DNA from: Candidatus Limnocylindria bacterium
Lineage (GTDB): Bacteria; Chloroflexota; Limnocylindria; QHBO01
NCBI GenBank assembly: GCA_036380455.1
Contig: DASVEQ010000096.1
Location: 21,484 to 85,483, forward strand
Length of the DNA: 64,000 nt
Direction of reading: 5' to 3'
The position numbers and the translations under genes were made by a program. Shown piece by piece: positions 45,592 to 53,961 of this stretch. The notes below the pieces were generated by a model. That model made no database searches and was not told the DNA's origin. It saw only the letters and a list, made by a program, of their open reading frames with translations. Every line of letters starts with the position of its first letter. Positions within the stretch are counted from its first letter, which is position 1.

Positions 45592-47607
45592 TCACCCCGC
45601 CTCCGCGGCGCGCTGCGTGGTGAGCCTGGCGAGCGCCTCGACCACGTCCGGAAGCTCGTCATCCGCCAGTGCCTGTGCCTCTCGGTAGCAGGCGGCGGCC
45701 GCGGGCCGGTCGCCGCGATCCGCGTGGCGCCGTCCCAGCTCGACGAGGAGATCCACGTGGCGGCTGCGGAGCGCCCGGCGACGCTCCTCCACGTCCGCGC
45801 TGTCGCCGTAGTACGGGCAGTCGTCCAGGTAGTCGCCGCGGTACAGCCGCCGCGCGTCTTCGAGCATGCGCGTGCCCTCCGCACCGGTGGCGCGGCCCGC
45901 GTCGCCGATGAGGCGCTCGTACTCGGCCACGTCGCTCCACGACACGACCGTCGGTTCCAGCCGGTAGCGGTCGTTATGGAACGCGATGGCGGCCGGACGG
46001 GAGCGCTCGCGGCGCCCGGGCTGGAGCATCGACCGCAGGCCGAGCATCGTTCGGTGGAAGGCCACGTCGGCCCGGTCGAGGTCGACGTCCGGCCAGATCA
46101 GCTCGAGGATCTCGTCCTTGCTCGCGCCGCGCTCACCGCGGTCGAGCAGGAAGGCGAACATCCCTTCGGCCTGGCGGGAGCCCGCCTTCTCGCCGCCCCA
46201 GCGGCGAATCGGCTCGCCGTTGCGCTCGGCGCGGAGGGCCCCCAGCGCGTAGACGTGCAGCCGGCTGGTCAGCGAGGTCACGTCTGCCAGCGCCTCGCTC
46301 AGGGCGGTGCCGCTCGTCTCGACCAGGCGAGTCTCGCGGCTGAGCTCCGCCAGGGCGGCCAGCTGCCTGCTGTGCCGCTCAGCGAGCCGGAGCGTCGACC
46401 CGAGGAATGCGACGGCGAGACGCAGGGCCTCCTGCTCGGTCGCGGTGAAGGCCGCGCCGCTGCGCTTCTGCCCGAAGCGCGCGAAGCCGCCGTCGGTGAG
46501 TGGGAGCTCGACCGCCAGCGGGTCGTCATCGGCTACGTCGCCGACCGCGTGCTGGACCGTCCCGTCGGCATCGGCGACGAGCGCGCCGGTCAGCTCGAAC
46601 GTTCGCATCAGGCGCGCGAGCGCCGGACGGACGGCGGCCTCGGGCCGCTGCGCCACCAGCGGGTCGCCGCCGAGCGCCTGGACGAGCCGTGCCTGGTCGA
46701 TTTCATGCGTGCTGCCGGCCATGACCTGCTGCACGCGGTCCGAGATCGGCTCGAAGAGCGCGATCGTGATGACCACGGCAAGCGCCGTGACGATCGGCAG
46801 CTCGACCGAGAGGGCCGCCGCCGCCGCCCGGTCGAGGACCACGAGCACCGCCACATAGGCGACCACCGCGAGCCCGCCGAACAGCGACCAGCGTACGGCC
46901 CGGCTGGCTACCGGAGCCGACACGAACAGGTGCTGGGCGACGATGGCGTAGGTCGCCATCACGGTCGCCATGGCCACGACCGATACCCCCAGCCAGCGCG
47001 GGCCGCCGATCTCCGGCGGCAGGATTCGCAGCATGCCGCCCCCGATCCCGAGCGCGATCGTGGCGATGGCGAACTGGAGCTGGCGGCGTCGCACCTCGTC
47101 GGTGCCGAAGGCCCGCAGTCCGGCCACCAGGAACCCGACGCCCGACGACCAGACGCCCAGGCGCAGCGCCGCGAAGGTCCACCCGGCGACCGCCGGCGGC
47201 AAGCCGAACGGCGCGAAGGAGTCTGCCGAGAAGCCGATCTCGTGGGCCGGATCGACGACCGCCTGGAAGATGGCCAGCGCGGCGACGGTGTAGCCGATGA
47301 CGAGCGCAGCGGTCGCGATCCGCGATCGCCGGCCCTCGAATGCCACCGAGATCGCCAGGTGCGTGGTGACCGGGGGAAGGAGGAAGGCGGATGCGTCCTC
47401 GACCAGGTTGACCGGCTGGATGACGGAGCCATCGCCAGTCAGGCGCTGGACGATGATCGCAACGCTCCAGATCGCCAGGAGCGTGCACAGCGCCGTGAAG
47501 ATCGGCGCGCCGGCGGCGCGCGACGCCCGGGTCAGCACCAGCAGGCCGAGCCACGTGGCCAGGATGGCGGTGATGCCGTGTGCCGTGATCTCCAGGAACT
47601 CGGCCAC
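45592..47607 (-). CDS. Polytopic-membrane SARP-type regulator (multi-TM N-terminus, central sensor-like region, winged-helix DNA-binding domain + BTAD)
   Basis: 671 aa. The first ~290 aa contain about 8 hydrophobic helices. The C-terminal …LHVYALGALRAERNGEPI…KDEILELIWPD…AFHRTMLGLRSML…YRLE… is followed by …ARRLYRGDYLDD…, characteristic of AfsR/DnrI/RedD (SARP) wHTH-BTAD. Confidence 0.75.
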   Translation of the reverse strand: MAEFLEITAHGITAILATWLGLLVLTRASRAAGAPIFTALCTLLAIWSVAIIVQRLTGDGSVIQPVNLVEDASAFLLPPVTTHLAISVAFEGRRSRIATAALVIGYTVAALAIFQAVVDPAHEIGFSADSFAPFGLPPAVAGWTFAALRLGVWSSGVGFLVAGLRAFGTDEVRRRQLQFAIATIALGIGGGMLRILPPEIGGPRWLGVSVVAMATVMATYAIVAQHLFVSAPVASRAVRWSLFGGLAVVAYVAVLVVLDRAAAAALSVELPIVTALAVVITIALFEPISDRVQQVMAGSTHEIDQARLVQALGGDPLVAQRPEAAVRPALARLMRTFELTGALVADADGTVQHAVGDVADDDPLAVELPLTDGGFARFGQKRSGAAFTATEQEALRLAVAFLGSTLRLAERHSRQLAALAELSRETRLVETSGTALSEALADVTSLTSRLHVYALGALRAERNGEPIRRWGGEKAGSRQAEGMFAFLLDRGERGASKDEILELIWPDVDLDRADVAFHRTMLGLRSMLQPGRRERSRPAAIAFHNDRYRLEPTVVSWSDVAEYERLIGDAGRATGAEGTRMLEDARRLYRGDYLDDCPYYGDSADVEERRRALRSRHVDLLVELGRRHADRGDRPAAAACYREAQALADDELPDVVEALARLTTQRAAEAG

Positions 47608-47713
47608 GCTCGGATGACCCCCTCAGCAAGCTCGGGTAGGCAGCCGGGCAACCATACGCCGCGGGCCGATCCCGGACAAGGATCGCGTGACCTGTCGATC
47701 GGGCCGACCTACC

Positions 47714-48586
47714 ATGCTCCGCATGCGACTCGGGCGGCTCCGCGACTGTGGCGACCTGTTGATGTTCGACCAGGTGCGGCGCAGCCTCGGCCTCGGACAG
47801 CCGCACCTGGAGGGAGAGGCGACGATCGCCGTCGCCGACATCGTCGGCACGGTCGGCCGAGCTGCCGACTTCGACGGTTGCTTCCGGCCGCGCGAGGCCG
47901 CCCTGGCGCATCGCGTCGACCAGGTGCGCCGCAACGACCGGGCGCTCGACGAGCCGATCGAGGTGATCCGGGTCGATCGCGGCTACTTCGTGGTCGACGG
48001 CCACAAGCGGGTGAGCATCGCGAAGGCCGGGGGCCGGGAGTTCATCGACGCCCAGGTCAGCCACGCGCCGACGCCGTACCGGTTCGAGCCGGGGGTCGAC
48101 CCGGTGGCAATCGAGCGCACCGCCACCGAGCAGCGGTTTCGCACCGAGACGGGCCTGCTGGAGGCCGTGCCGGCGGTGCGATTCGTGGCGTCGCGCCTCG
48201 AGGGATACGCCGAGCTCCGGCAGTCGCTGACCTCGTACGCCTACGACCTCAGCCAGCGGCTGGGTCGGCTGCTTTCGCGCCCGGAGGCCTCGGCGCTGTG
48301 GTACGAGAGCGTGTATCGGCCGACCATCGGGGCGGCGCAGCAGAACCGGCTCGACGAGCTCATCGGCTGCTGCACGGACGCGGACCTGTTCCTGTCGATC
48401 CATCGGCAGAGCCAGGAGCTATGGGGGACCGAATGCCGCGTGGCGGTCGACCAGGCCGAGCACCTCGTCAGTAAAGTCATGGAGCACGGGACCCCCGACC
48501 AGTCCGTGATCGACCGTGTCCTTGCGCGCGCCCGGCGCCGCCGGCCGCCGGCGGTGCTCGTCCAGCAGACAGGGGGAGAGGTCTAG
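47714..48586 (+). CDS. ParB N-terminal-domain-like protein with uncharacterised C-terminal domain
   Basis: …EPIEVIRVDRGYFVVDGHKRVSIAKAGG… resembles the ParB/Srx-fold N-terminal domain. I do not recognise the C-terminal ~170 aa. Start is ATG 47714 or GTG 47687. Confidence 0.5.
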   Translation: MLRMRLGRLRDCGDLLMFDQVRRSLGLGQPHLEGEATIAVADIVGTVGRAADFDGCFRPREAALAHRVDQVRRNDRALDEPIEVIRVDRGYFVVDGHKRVSIAKAGGREFIDAQVSHAPTPYRFEPGVDPVAIERTATEQRFRTETGLLEAVPAVRFVASRLEGYAELRQSLTSYAYDLSQRLGRLLSRPEASALWYESVYRPTIGAAQQNRLDELIGCCTDADLFLSIHRQSQELWGTECRVAVDQAEHLVSKVMEHGTPDQSVIDRVLARARRRRPPAVLVQQTGGEV

Positions 48587-49491
48587 CTCTTCCCGTCGCC
48601 GTCGATCACGCGGTCCACGGCCCGGGCGTACTGCTCGTCGCTGAGCGCGCCGGCATCGCGAAGCGTTCGAAGCCGGTCGATCTCATCGGCGACCGATGCC
48701 CCGTGCGTCGCCCGGTCGACCGGGCGGTCGCGGCGACGGACGCGATCGGATCGACGCGCCGGCTTCTCCTCGAATGCCTCGCCGATGGCATCCATCACGC
48801 GGCGCTCGATGAGGTCGCGCGTGCGCTCCCCGCCGGGGAGGAAGCGGCGTGCCGGCCCGGACAACCACGCGGGCAGGTCTGGTGGCAGGTCCGGGCGTGG
48901 CTCGGTACCGTCGGGCGGCTGCGGAGCCTCCGGGGCGTCGCTGACCGTCACGTCCGGGATGACGAGCTCGGTGAGCGGCTCCGGTCGCTCGATGTCGCGA
49001 AGGGGGCGTTCGCCCAGCGATCGCATGCGGACGCCGTCGGGCAGGTCATCGGCCACGATGGCGCGGGTCGTGTCGGACAGCAGGACCTGCCCGCCGCGAC
49101 CGATGGCGGCGAGGCGCGAGGCCCGGACGACGTCCAGCCCGGTGTAGCCCTCGTCACCGACCGCCGGCTCGCCGGTGTGGAGGCCGATCCGCAGCCGAAC
49201 CGCCGCGCCGTCGGGCCACGACGCCGTGGCGTGCGCCTGCTGGACGGCAACCGCCGCTGCGACGCCGTCGCGGGCACGGGGAAACGAGTAGAAGAACGCG
49301 TCGCCCTGGGTGTCGATCTCCTGCCCACCATGGCCGGCGAAGGTCCCGCGCATGAGCCGCCGATGGGAGGCAAGCAGCTCCGCGTACTTCGCATCGCCCA
49401 GGCGCTTCAGGAGCGTCGTGCTGCCCTCGATGTCGCTGAACAGGAACGTGACCGTTCCCGACGGCAGGTTCGGCATGTTGACCCCGAGCAT
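48583..49491 (-). CDS. Class III adenylate/guanylate cyclase with Pro/Arg-rich linker and C-terminal SHOCT domain
   Basis: Cyclase core GTVTFLFSDIEGST…TQGDAFFYSF…RIGLHTGEP…GLDVVRASRLAA…; the C-terminal …EIDRLRTLRDAGALSDEQYARAVDRV is SHOCT-like. Start is ATG 49491 or 49476. The track ORF extends to 49800. Confidence 0.8.
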   Translation of the reverse strand: MLGVNMPNLPSGTVTFLFSDIEGSTTLLKRLGDAKYAELLASHRRLMRGTFAGHGGQEIDTQGDAFFYSFPRARDGVAAAVAVQQAHATASWPDGAAVRLRIGLHTGEPAVGDEGYTGLDVVRASRLAAIGRGGQVLLSDTTRAIVADDLPDGVRMRSLGERPLRDIERPEPLTELVIPDVTVSDAPEAPQPPDGTEPRPDLPPDLPAWLSGPARRFLPGGERTRDLIERRVMDAIGEAFEEKPARRSDRVRRRDRPVDRATHGASVADEIDRLRTLRDAGALSDEQYARAVDRVIDGDGKS

Positions 49492-49519
49492 ACGGCAGCA
49501 CCGCTTGCCCGCCGATGGG

Positions 49520-50398
49520 ATGATGCGAGGCCGAATCCGAGTGAGGATGCACTCCAGCGTGTCTGAACGCATCCGACCCCCCATCGCAGCCCTGGCGCTC
49601 GCGGCCGTCCTCGCGCTGGTCGCCACCCTGGTCCCGATGCTCCCGCCGAAGGTCGTGACGGCCACCGGCAGCCTCGCGAACGCCTCGGTGTCGCCAGCCA
49701 GCGGCACGACGAGCACTGCGTTCATGTTCTCTGTTGAATACGCGAGCAGCCCGACCCATGAGCCGACCGAAATCTGGGTCGACGTGGGAGGGACGATCAT
49801 CGACCTGCAATTCAGCGGTATCGGGGCTCCGGAGGGCGGGACCTACCAGGAGTCGAGCACGCTGCCGGCTGGGACTCATGCCGTGACCTTCCATGCGACA
49901 GGGCCCGGCCAGGATCCCACGCTCGACGGCGGCACGATTGCGGTCACTGCTAGCCCGACCCCTCCACCGACCCCCGGGCCGACGCCGCCACCGCCGACAC
50001 CGGTTCCAACGGCGCCCCCGCCGCCGGCGCCTGCGCCGACACCCCTGCCCCCCGGCGTGACGCCTCGGCCGACACCCCGCCCGACGCCGCGGCCGCCCGG
50101 AGTCACGCCCAACCCGGCCACAGCGACGCCCGAAGCCTCGGCCGAGGAGACTGAGCCCGCGTCCTCCGACGCGTCCAGCCACACGCCGTCCGCCGATGCC
50201 AGCGCCCGAGCGAGCGATGGGCCGTCGAGCGGACGTCCGTCCGCAGGCCCGAACTCGCCGGAGGCCTCGGCCGAGCCGGAGGACGCGAGCCGATCGGGGG
50301 GCATGGGCCGACTCGGATGGATCGTGCTGGGCGGCATGACCTCGGTGGCGGGGGCGTTCGTCCTCGGCCGCCAGTGGCGGATCAGGCGTCGGGCGTGA
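49520..50398 (+). CDS. Secreted Pro/Thr-rich protein with C-terminal TM anchor
   Basis: The signal-like N-terminus (…IAALALAAVLALVATLV…) is followed by a ~110-aa beta-rich domain, a long PTPPP/PRPTP low-complexity tract, and a terminal TM helix plus basic tail (…GWIVLGGMTSVAGAFVLGRQWRIRRRA). Start is uncertain (49520 or 49547). Confidence 0.5.
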   Translation: MMRGRIRVRMHSSVSERIRPPIAALALAAVLALVATLVPMLPPKVVTATGSLANASVSPASGTTSTAFMFSVEYASSPTHEPTEIWVDVGGTIIDLQFSGIGAPEGGTYQESSTLPAGTHAVTFHATGPGQDPTLDGGTIAVTASPTPPPTPGPTPPPPTPVPTAPPPPAPAPTPLPPGVTPRPTPRPTPRPPGVTPNPATATPEASAEETEPASSDASSHTPSADASARASDGPSSGRPSAGPNSPEASAEPEDASRSGGMGRLGWIVLGGMTSVAGAFVLGRQWRIRRRA

Positions 50399-50406
50399 CG
50401 CCGGGC

Positions 50407-51660
50407 TCACTCGGCGGGCGGCTCGACGGCGATCGGGTCCGAATGCGCCCCCTCACGGCGGGCGAACAGGATGAACGGCAGCGCGAGCGCCTGCACGGCG
50501 CCGGCCACGACATAGGAGGCGGCGTACCCCGACAGGTCGGCGACGCGGCCGAGGGCCGGTTGGATCACCACGCCGCCGGACGACCCCATCAGCGAGTCGA
50601 ACGACAGGACGGTTGCCCGCTGCTGTGACGGGATGAGGCCGTTTAGGAACGCACGGCGAATCGGTTCCTCCACGGCGGCGGCCAGCGCCCAGAGGACGAG
50701 CAGCGCCACGGCCACCGCGAACACGGGCATGACCCCGAGCAGCACCAGCGCCGCCACGCCGGCGACGCCGAACAGGAGCAGCGCGTCGGTGCGTCGGGCG
50801 AACCACCGGCGGACGAAGCGGACCGACCAGCCGCCGGCCATCTGGGCGCCCGCGATGATCGCGGCCGCCAGCCCGGCGATGCTGTACGCGTCGGGGTCGC
50901 CGTACAGCTCGAGGAGGTACGGCTGCAGCGCGTAGAACGCGTAGAAGCCGACGCCGGTCGTGAAGGGCGCGGCCAGCATGAGCCATCGGACCGGCCGATT
51001 GCGGAGCCCGCCGGCGATCGCGCCGGACACGACGGTGCGCACGGCCCCCATCGGCGTCGCATTCCGCTCCGGGGTGAAGCCAATGTCCCGCATGAAGCGC
51101 CAGGCGACCGCGACGGTCAGCCCCAGCAGCCCTGCGCGCACCAGATACGGCACGCCGAGGTCGCTGAGCTGCGCGATCACCCCGCCGGCCACCGACCCGA
51201 CGAGCATCGCCCCACCGCCGACCACCTGCGCGCGGCCGAAGACCGTCTCGAGGTCGCCCTCGTAGCCGGTGGCCGTCAGCGCGTCGACCAGCCACGCTTC
51301 GGTGGCCCCGGAAAAGAACGTGAAGCCGAGCCCCAGCAGCGCCGAAGCCAGCGCCCAGCCGATGAATGGGGCCTGCACCTGCCACATCCAGAGGTACAGG
51401 AGCGTCGAGGCCAGCAGCGTGGCGGCGCCGAGGATGAAGCTGAAGCGCCGGCCGCGGGTATCGGCGACGACGCCGGTGGGGACCTCGAAGATCACCTGAC
51501 CGACGGCGAAGAACGCATTGGCGGCGAACGCCTCCGCGTTGCTCAGGCCGGCGTCGAGCAGGAAGAGCGTGTTCACGCCCCAGATGAACGACGCGGCCAG
51601 TGTCGTGAGGAGGGTGAGCGTCAGGTACGTGCGCTGGACGGCCCGGGCAGCGTTCGGCAT
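50407..51660 (-). CDS. MFS transporter
   Basis: 417 aa with 12 TM helices and …VADTRGRRF… loop motifs. Confidence 0.75.
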   Translation of the reverse strand: MPNAARAVQRTYLTLTLLTTLAASFIWGVNTLFLLDAGLSNAEAFAANAFFAVGQVIFEVPTGVVADTRGRRFSFILGAATLLASTLLYLWMWQVQAPFIGWALASALLGLGFTFFSGATEAWLVDALTATGYEGDLETVFGRAQVVGGGAMLVGSVAGGVIAQLSDLGVPYLVRAGLLGLTVAVAWRFMRDIGFTPERNATPMGAVRTVVSGAIAGGLRNRPVRWLMLAAPFTTGVGFYAFYALQPYLLELYGDPDAYSIAGLAAAIIAGAQMAGGWSVRFVRRWFARRTDALLLFGVAGVAALVLLGVMPVFAVAVALLVLWALAAAVEEPIRRAFLNGLIPSQQRATVLSFDSLMGSSGGVVIQPALGRVADLSGYAASYVVAGAVQALALPFILFARREGAHSDPIAVEPPAE

Positions 51661-51666
51661 CGGCGG

Positions 51667-52185
51667 TCAGTCGCCGTCCCGCGGGAGCCAGAAGGTGTCG
51701 TGGCGGAGGAAGAACGCGGCGCGCTCCTCGTCGTCCATGACCAGGCCGCGGCCGACGCGATCGAGCGTCTCGAAGTAGTCCTCGCGGTCGGCGCCCGGGG
51801 CGAACAGGATGAGCATCGAGGCGGGCGCGCCGGACTCGTTCCGGAAGGCGTGGATCCCGCCCTCGGGCACGAACAGGAAGTCGCCCGGCTGACCATCCAG
51901 CCAGGCGCGTCCGTCGTACAGCCGGATCGTGCCCGATAGGACGTAGAACGACTCGGAGATGGAGCGATGGAAGTGCGGCTCCGGACCGCTCGGCTCGGGC
52001 GCCATCGACCAACGGTACAGGCCGAACTGGCCGTTCGTCGTGGTCCGCGTGGCGAGGTAGTGCACCGTACCGCCCGACCTGTAGGTCAGGTCCGGCGTCG
52101 CATCGGCGCGGTGGAGGGTGGCGTTCGCCAGGCCGTCGTCGCCCGTGTGGGCGGGCGGTGGGTAGACCAGGTCCGGGTGCGACAT
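51667..52185 (-). CDS. Cupin-domain protein
   Basis: The ATG is at 52183-52185. …[23 protein letters not shown]…[16 protein letters not shown]… are the cupin motifs. Confidence 0.65.
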   Translation of the reverse strand: MSHPDLVYPPPAHTGDDGLANATLHRADATPDLTYRSGGTVHYLATRTTTNGQFGLYRWSMAPEPSGPEPHFHRSISESFYVLSGTIRLYDGRAWLDGQPGDFLFVPEGGIHAFRNESGAPASMLILFAPGADREDYFETLDRVGRGLVMDDEERAAFFLRHDTFWLPRDGD

Positions 52186-52228
52186 TGGGGGCCTCGTGGC
52201 TGCGACGGACTTCACCATACTGCCAACG

Positions 52229-52630
52229 ATGGACGTGATCGCGGTGTATGGCACCCTGCGCGAGGGCGAGCGCAACCACGGTCTGCTCGAGGGCGCCGAA
52301 CGGATCGGGGGCGGCTGGATCGTCGGAGCGCTCCACGACATGCCGGCCGGACCGCATCGGCCATATGCGTACCCCGCGCTGGTCCCAGACCCGGGCGTGC
52401 GCGTGCGCGTGGAGCTCTATCGCCTTACCGATGCGTCCCAGCTCTCCCGGCTGGATGCGCTCGAGCGCTATCGCCCCGGCGACGAGGACGCCTCCGAGTA
52501 CGTCAGGCGGCTGGAGTCCGTTCTCGACGGCCCGGTCGAGCGCGCGTGGGTGTACTGGTACGCGGCCGATCCCGTCGAGCTCGGTCCGCGGATCCCGAGC
52601 GGTGACTGGGTGGACGGGCGACCTCGCTGA
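52229..52630 (+). CDS. Gamma-glutamylcyclotransferase (GGCT/AIG2-like) family protein
   Basis: [20 protein letters not shown]… is the characteristic YGTL/S N-terminal motif. There is an alternative GTG start at 52196. Confidence 0.7.
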   Translation: MDVIAVYGTLREGERNHGLLEGAERIGGGWIVGALHDMPAGPHRPYAYPALVPDPGVRVRVELYRLTDASQLSRLDALERYRPGDEDASEYVRRLESVLDGPVERAWVYWYAADPVELGPRIPSGDWVDGRPR

Positions 52631-52829
52631 TTCGGATGGTTGCCGCGCAACGGCCGGTTATCCGAGTCCGCTGGGCCCGACTCGGACAACGTGCCGCGAG
52701 GGAAGCATTACCGGGCCGATGGGTCGCTGGGCACGCGTCGCCGAGCTCAGATCCAGTGTTGGATCCTCGGATCTCGCAGGTAATGCGCGCGAAGTGGCCC
52801 GATATCCGAGTCCAGAAAGCTCACGTCCG

Positions 52830-52919
52830 CGCGCCGCACGCGCCGCACGCGCCCCACGCGCCCCACGCGCCCCACGCGCCCCACGCGCCCCACGCGCCCC
52901 ACGCGCCCCACGCGCCGCC
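52830..52919. repeat. 9-bp tandem repeat, about 10 units (2x CGCGCCGCA, 7x CGCGCCCCA, 1 degenerate)
   Basis: I counted the units by hand from the sequence. The repeat lies in the convergent intergenic region immediately 3' of the sigma-factor stop (52927). The minus strand reads (TGGGGCGCG)7. Confidence 0.9.
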
Positions 52920-52926
52920 GGTGCCG

Positions 52927-53961
52927 CTATGCGTCGATGCGGGGAGGCAGGCCGAAGAGCGGGAACCAACGCTCGGTGTCGAGGAAGAAGGTCAGGCCGC
53001 TGATCTTGCCGTCGCGCGACTCCATGACCTGGATCGACCACGGCTCCCAGCCGCCGTCTGGCGCCGGCTTGTACTGGCCCCAGGCCGGCGAGCCGTTGGC
53101 CCGAACCGGCACCAGCTTCGAATCGCGGCAGCCGTGTCCCGGCCCGAGGCACCACTTCACGATGTCCTCGTGCGTGTTCAGCCACAGCCCATACGGCGGC
53201 ATGTTCCAGGTCGCGTCCTCGTGGAGGAGCGAGGTCAGGGCGTCCATGTCATACGACTCGAAGGCCGCGACGTAGCGGGCCAGCAGGTCCTCGGAGGCCG
53301 CGTCCAGGTTCGCCGATCCGGTCACCGCACCGTCGGCGTCGAGCTGATCGAGCGTGGCGCGAGCACGCTGGAGCGCCGAATTGACCGATGCGACCGAGGA
53401 GTTCAGGAGCTCCGCCACCTCGGACGCGCGCCATCGCAGCACCTCGCGCAGGATCAGGACCGCGCGCTGCTTCGGCGGCAGGTGCTGGAGCGCTGCCATG
53501 AACGCCAGGCGGACCGATTCGCGCGCGAGGGCGACGTCGGCCGGATCACCGTGTGAAGGGACGACCAGCGAATCCGGCGCGGGCTCGATCCAGACGGTCT
53601 CGACCAACGGGGCGGGCAGCGGCCGCTCCGCGGAGGAGGCGGGCTCCAGGTCCATCGGCCGCGCGCGACGCTGTCGGGAGCCGAGCATGTCGAGGCACAC
53701 GTTCGTCGCGATCCGATACAGCCAGGATCTGAGCTGGGAGCGCCCCTCGAAGCGGTCGAGGGACTTCCACGCCCGGACCATGGTGTCCTGCACGGCATCC
53801 TCCGCCTCGAAGGCGGAGCCGAGCATCCGGTAGGCGTATGCGGTGAGCTCGGTTCGATATTGCTCGAGCTGCGGCTCGAGGGTGGCGGGCGTCTCCGGCG
53901 TCATCGTCTCGGTCATGCCATGGATGGTACGCGGATCGGCCGGAGCGGTCAGGGAGCTCAT
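52927..53961 (-). CDS. ECF-type RNA polymerase sigma-70 factor with C-terminal SnoaL-like extension (SigG/ECF41-like)
   Basis: 344 aa. Region 2 …EDAVQDTMVRAW…SWLYRIATN… and region 4 …RAVLILREVLRWRASEVAELL… are followed by a ~150-aa C-terminal extension. The ATGA overlaps the upstream gene stop. Confidence 0.85.
   Translation of the reverse strand: MSSLTAPADPRTIHGMTETMTPETPATLEPQLEQYRTELTAYAYRMLGSAFEAEDAVQDTMVRAWKSLDRFEGRSQLRSWLYRIATNVCLDMLGSRQRRARPMDLEPASSAERPLPAPLVETVWIEPAPDSLVVPSHGDPADVALARESVRLAFMAALQHLPPKQRAVLILREVLRWRASEVAELLNSSVASVNSALQRARATLDQLDADGAVTGSANLDAASEDLLARYVAAFESYDMDALTSLLHEDATWNMPPYGLWLNTHEDIVKWCLGPGHGCRDSKLVPVRANGSPAWGQYKPAPDGGWEPWSIQVMESRDGKISGLTFFLDTERWFPLFGLPPRIDA

Noticed and set aside
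48583-49491. Cyclase as a Pycsar/CBASS-type defence cyclase.
   Set aside because: No effector gene (TM, TIR, nuclease or phospholipase) lies in the same operon. The neighbours are convergent or divergent, and the architecture looks like ordinary signalling.
52830-52919. Possible CRISPR array.
   Set aside because: The units are 9 bp and contiguous with no spacers, and there are no cas genes in the window.
52636-53556. ORF encoding (HAP)n, and the minus-strand ORF 52658..53185 encoding (ARG)n, across the 9-bp repeat.
   Set aside because: Both mostly run antisense or out of frame through the sigma-factor gene and have junk composition. The repeat is better explained as a non-coding tandem array.
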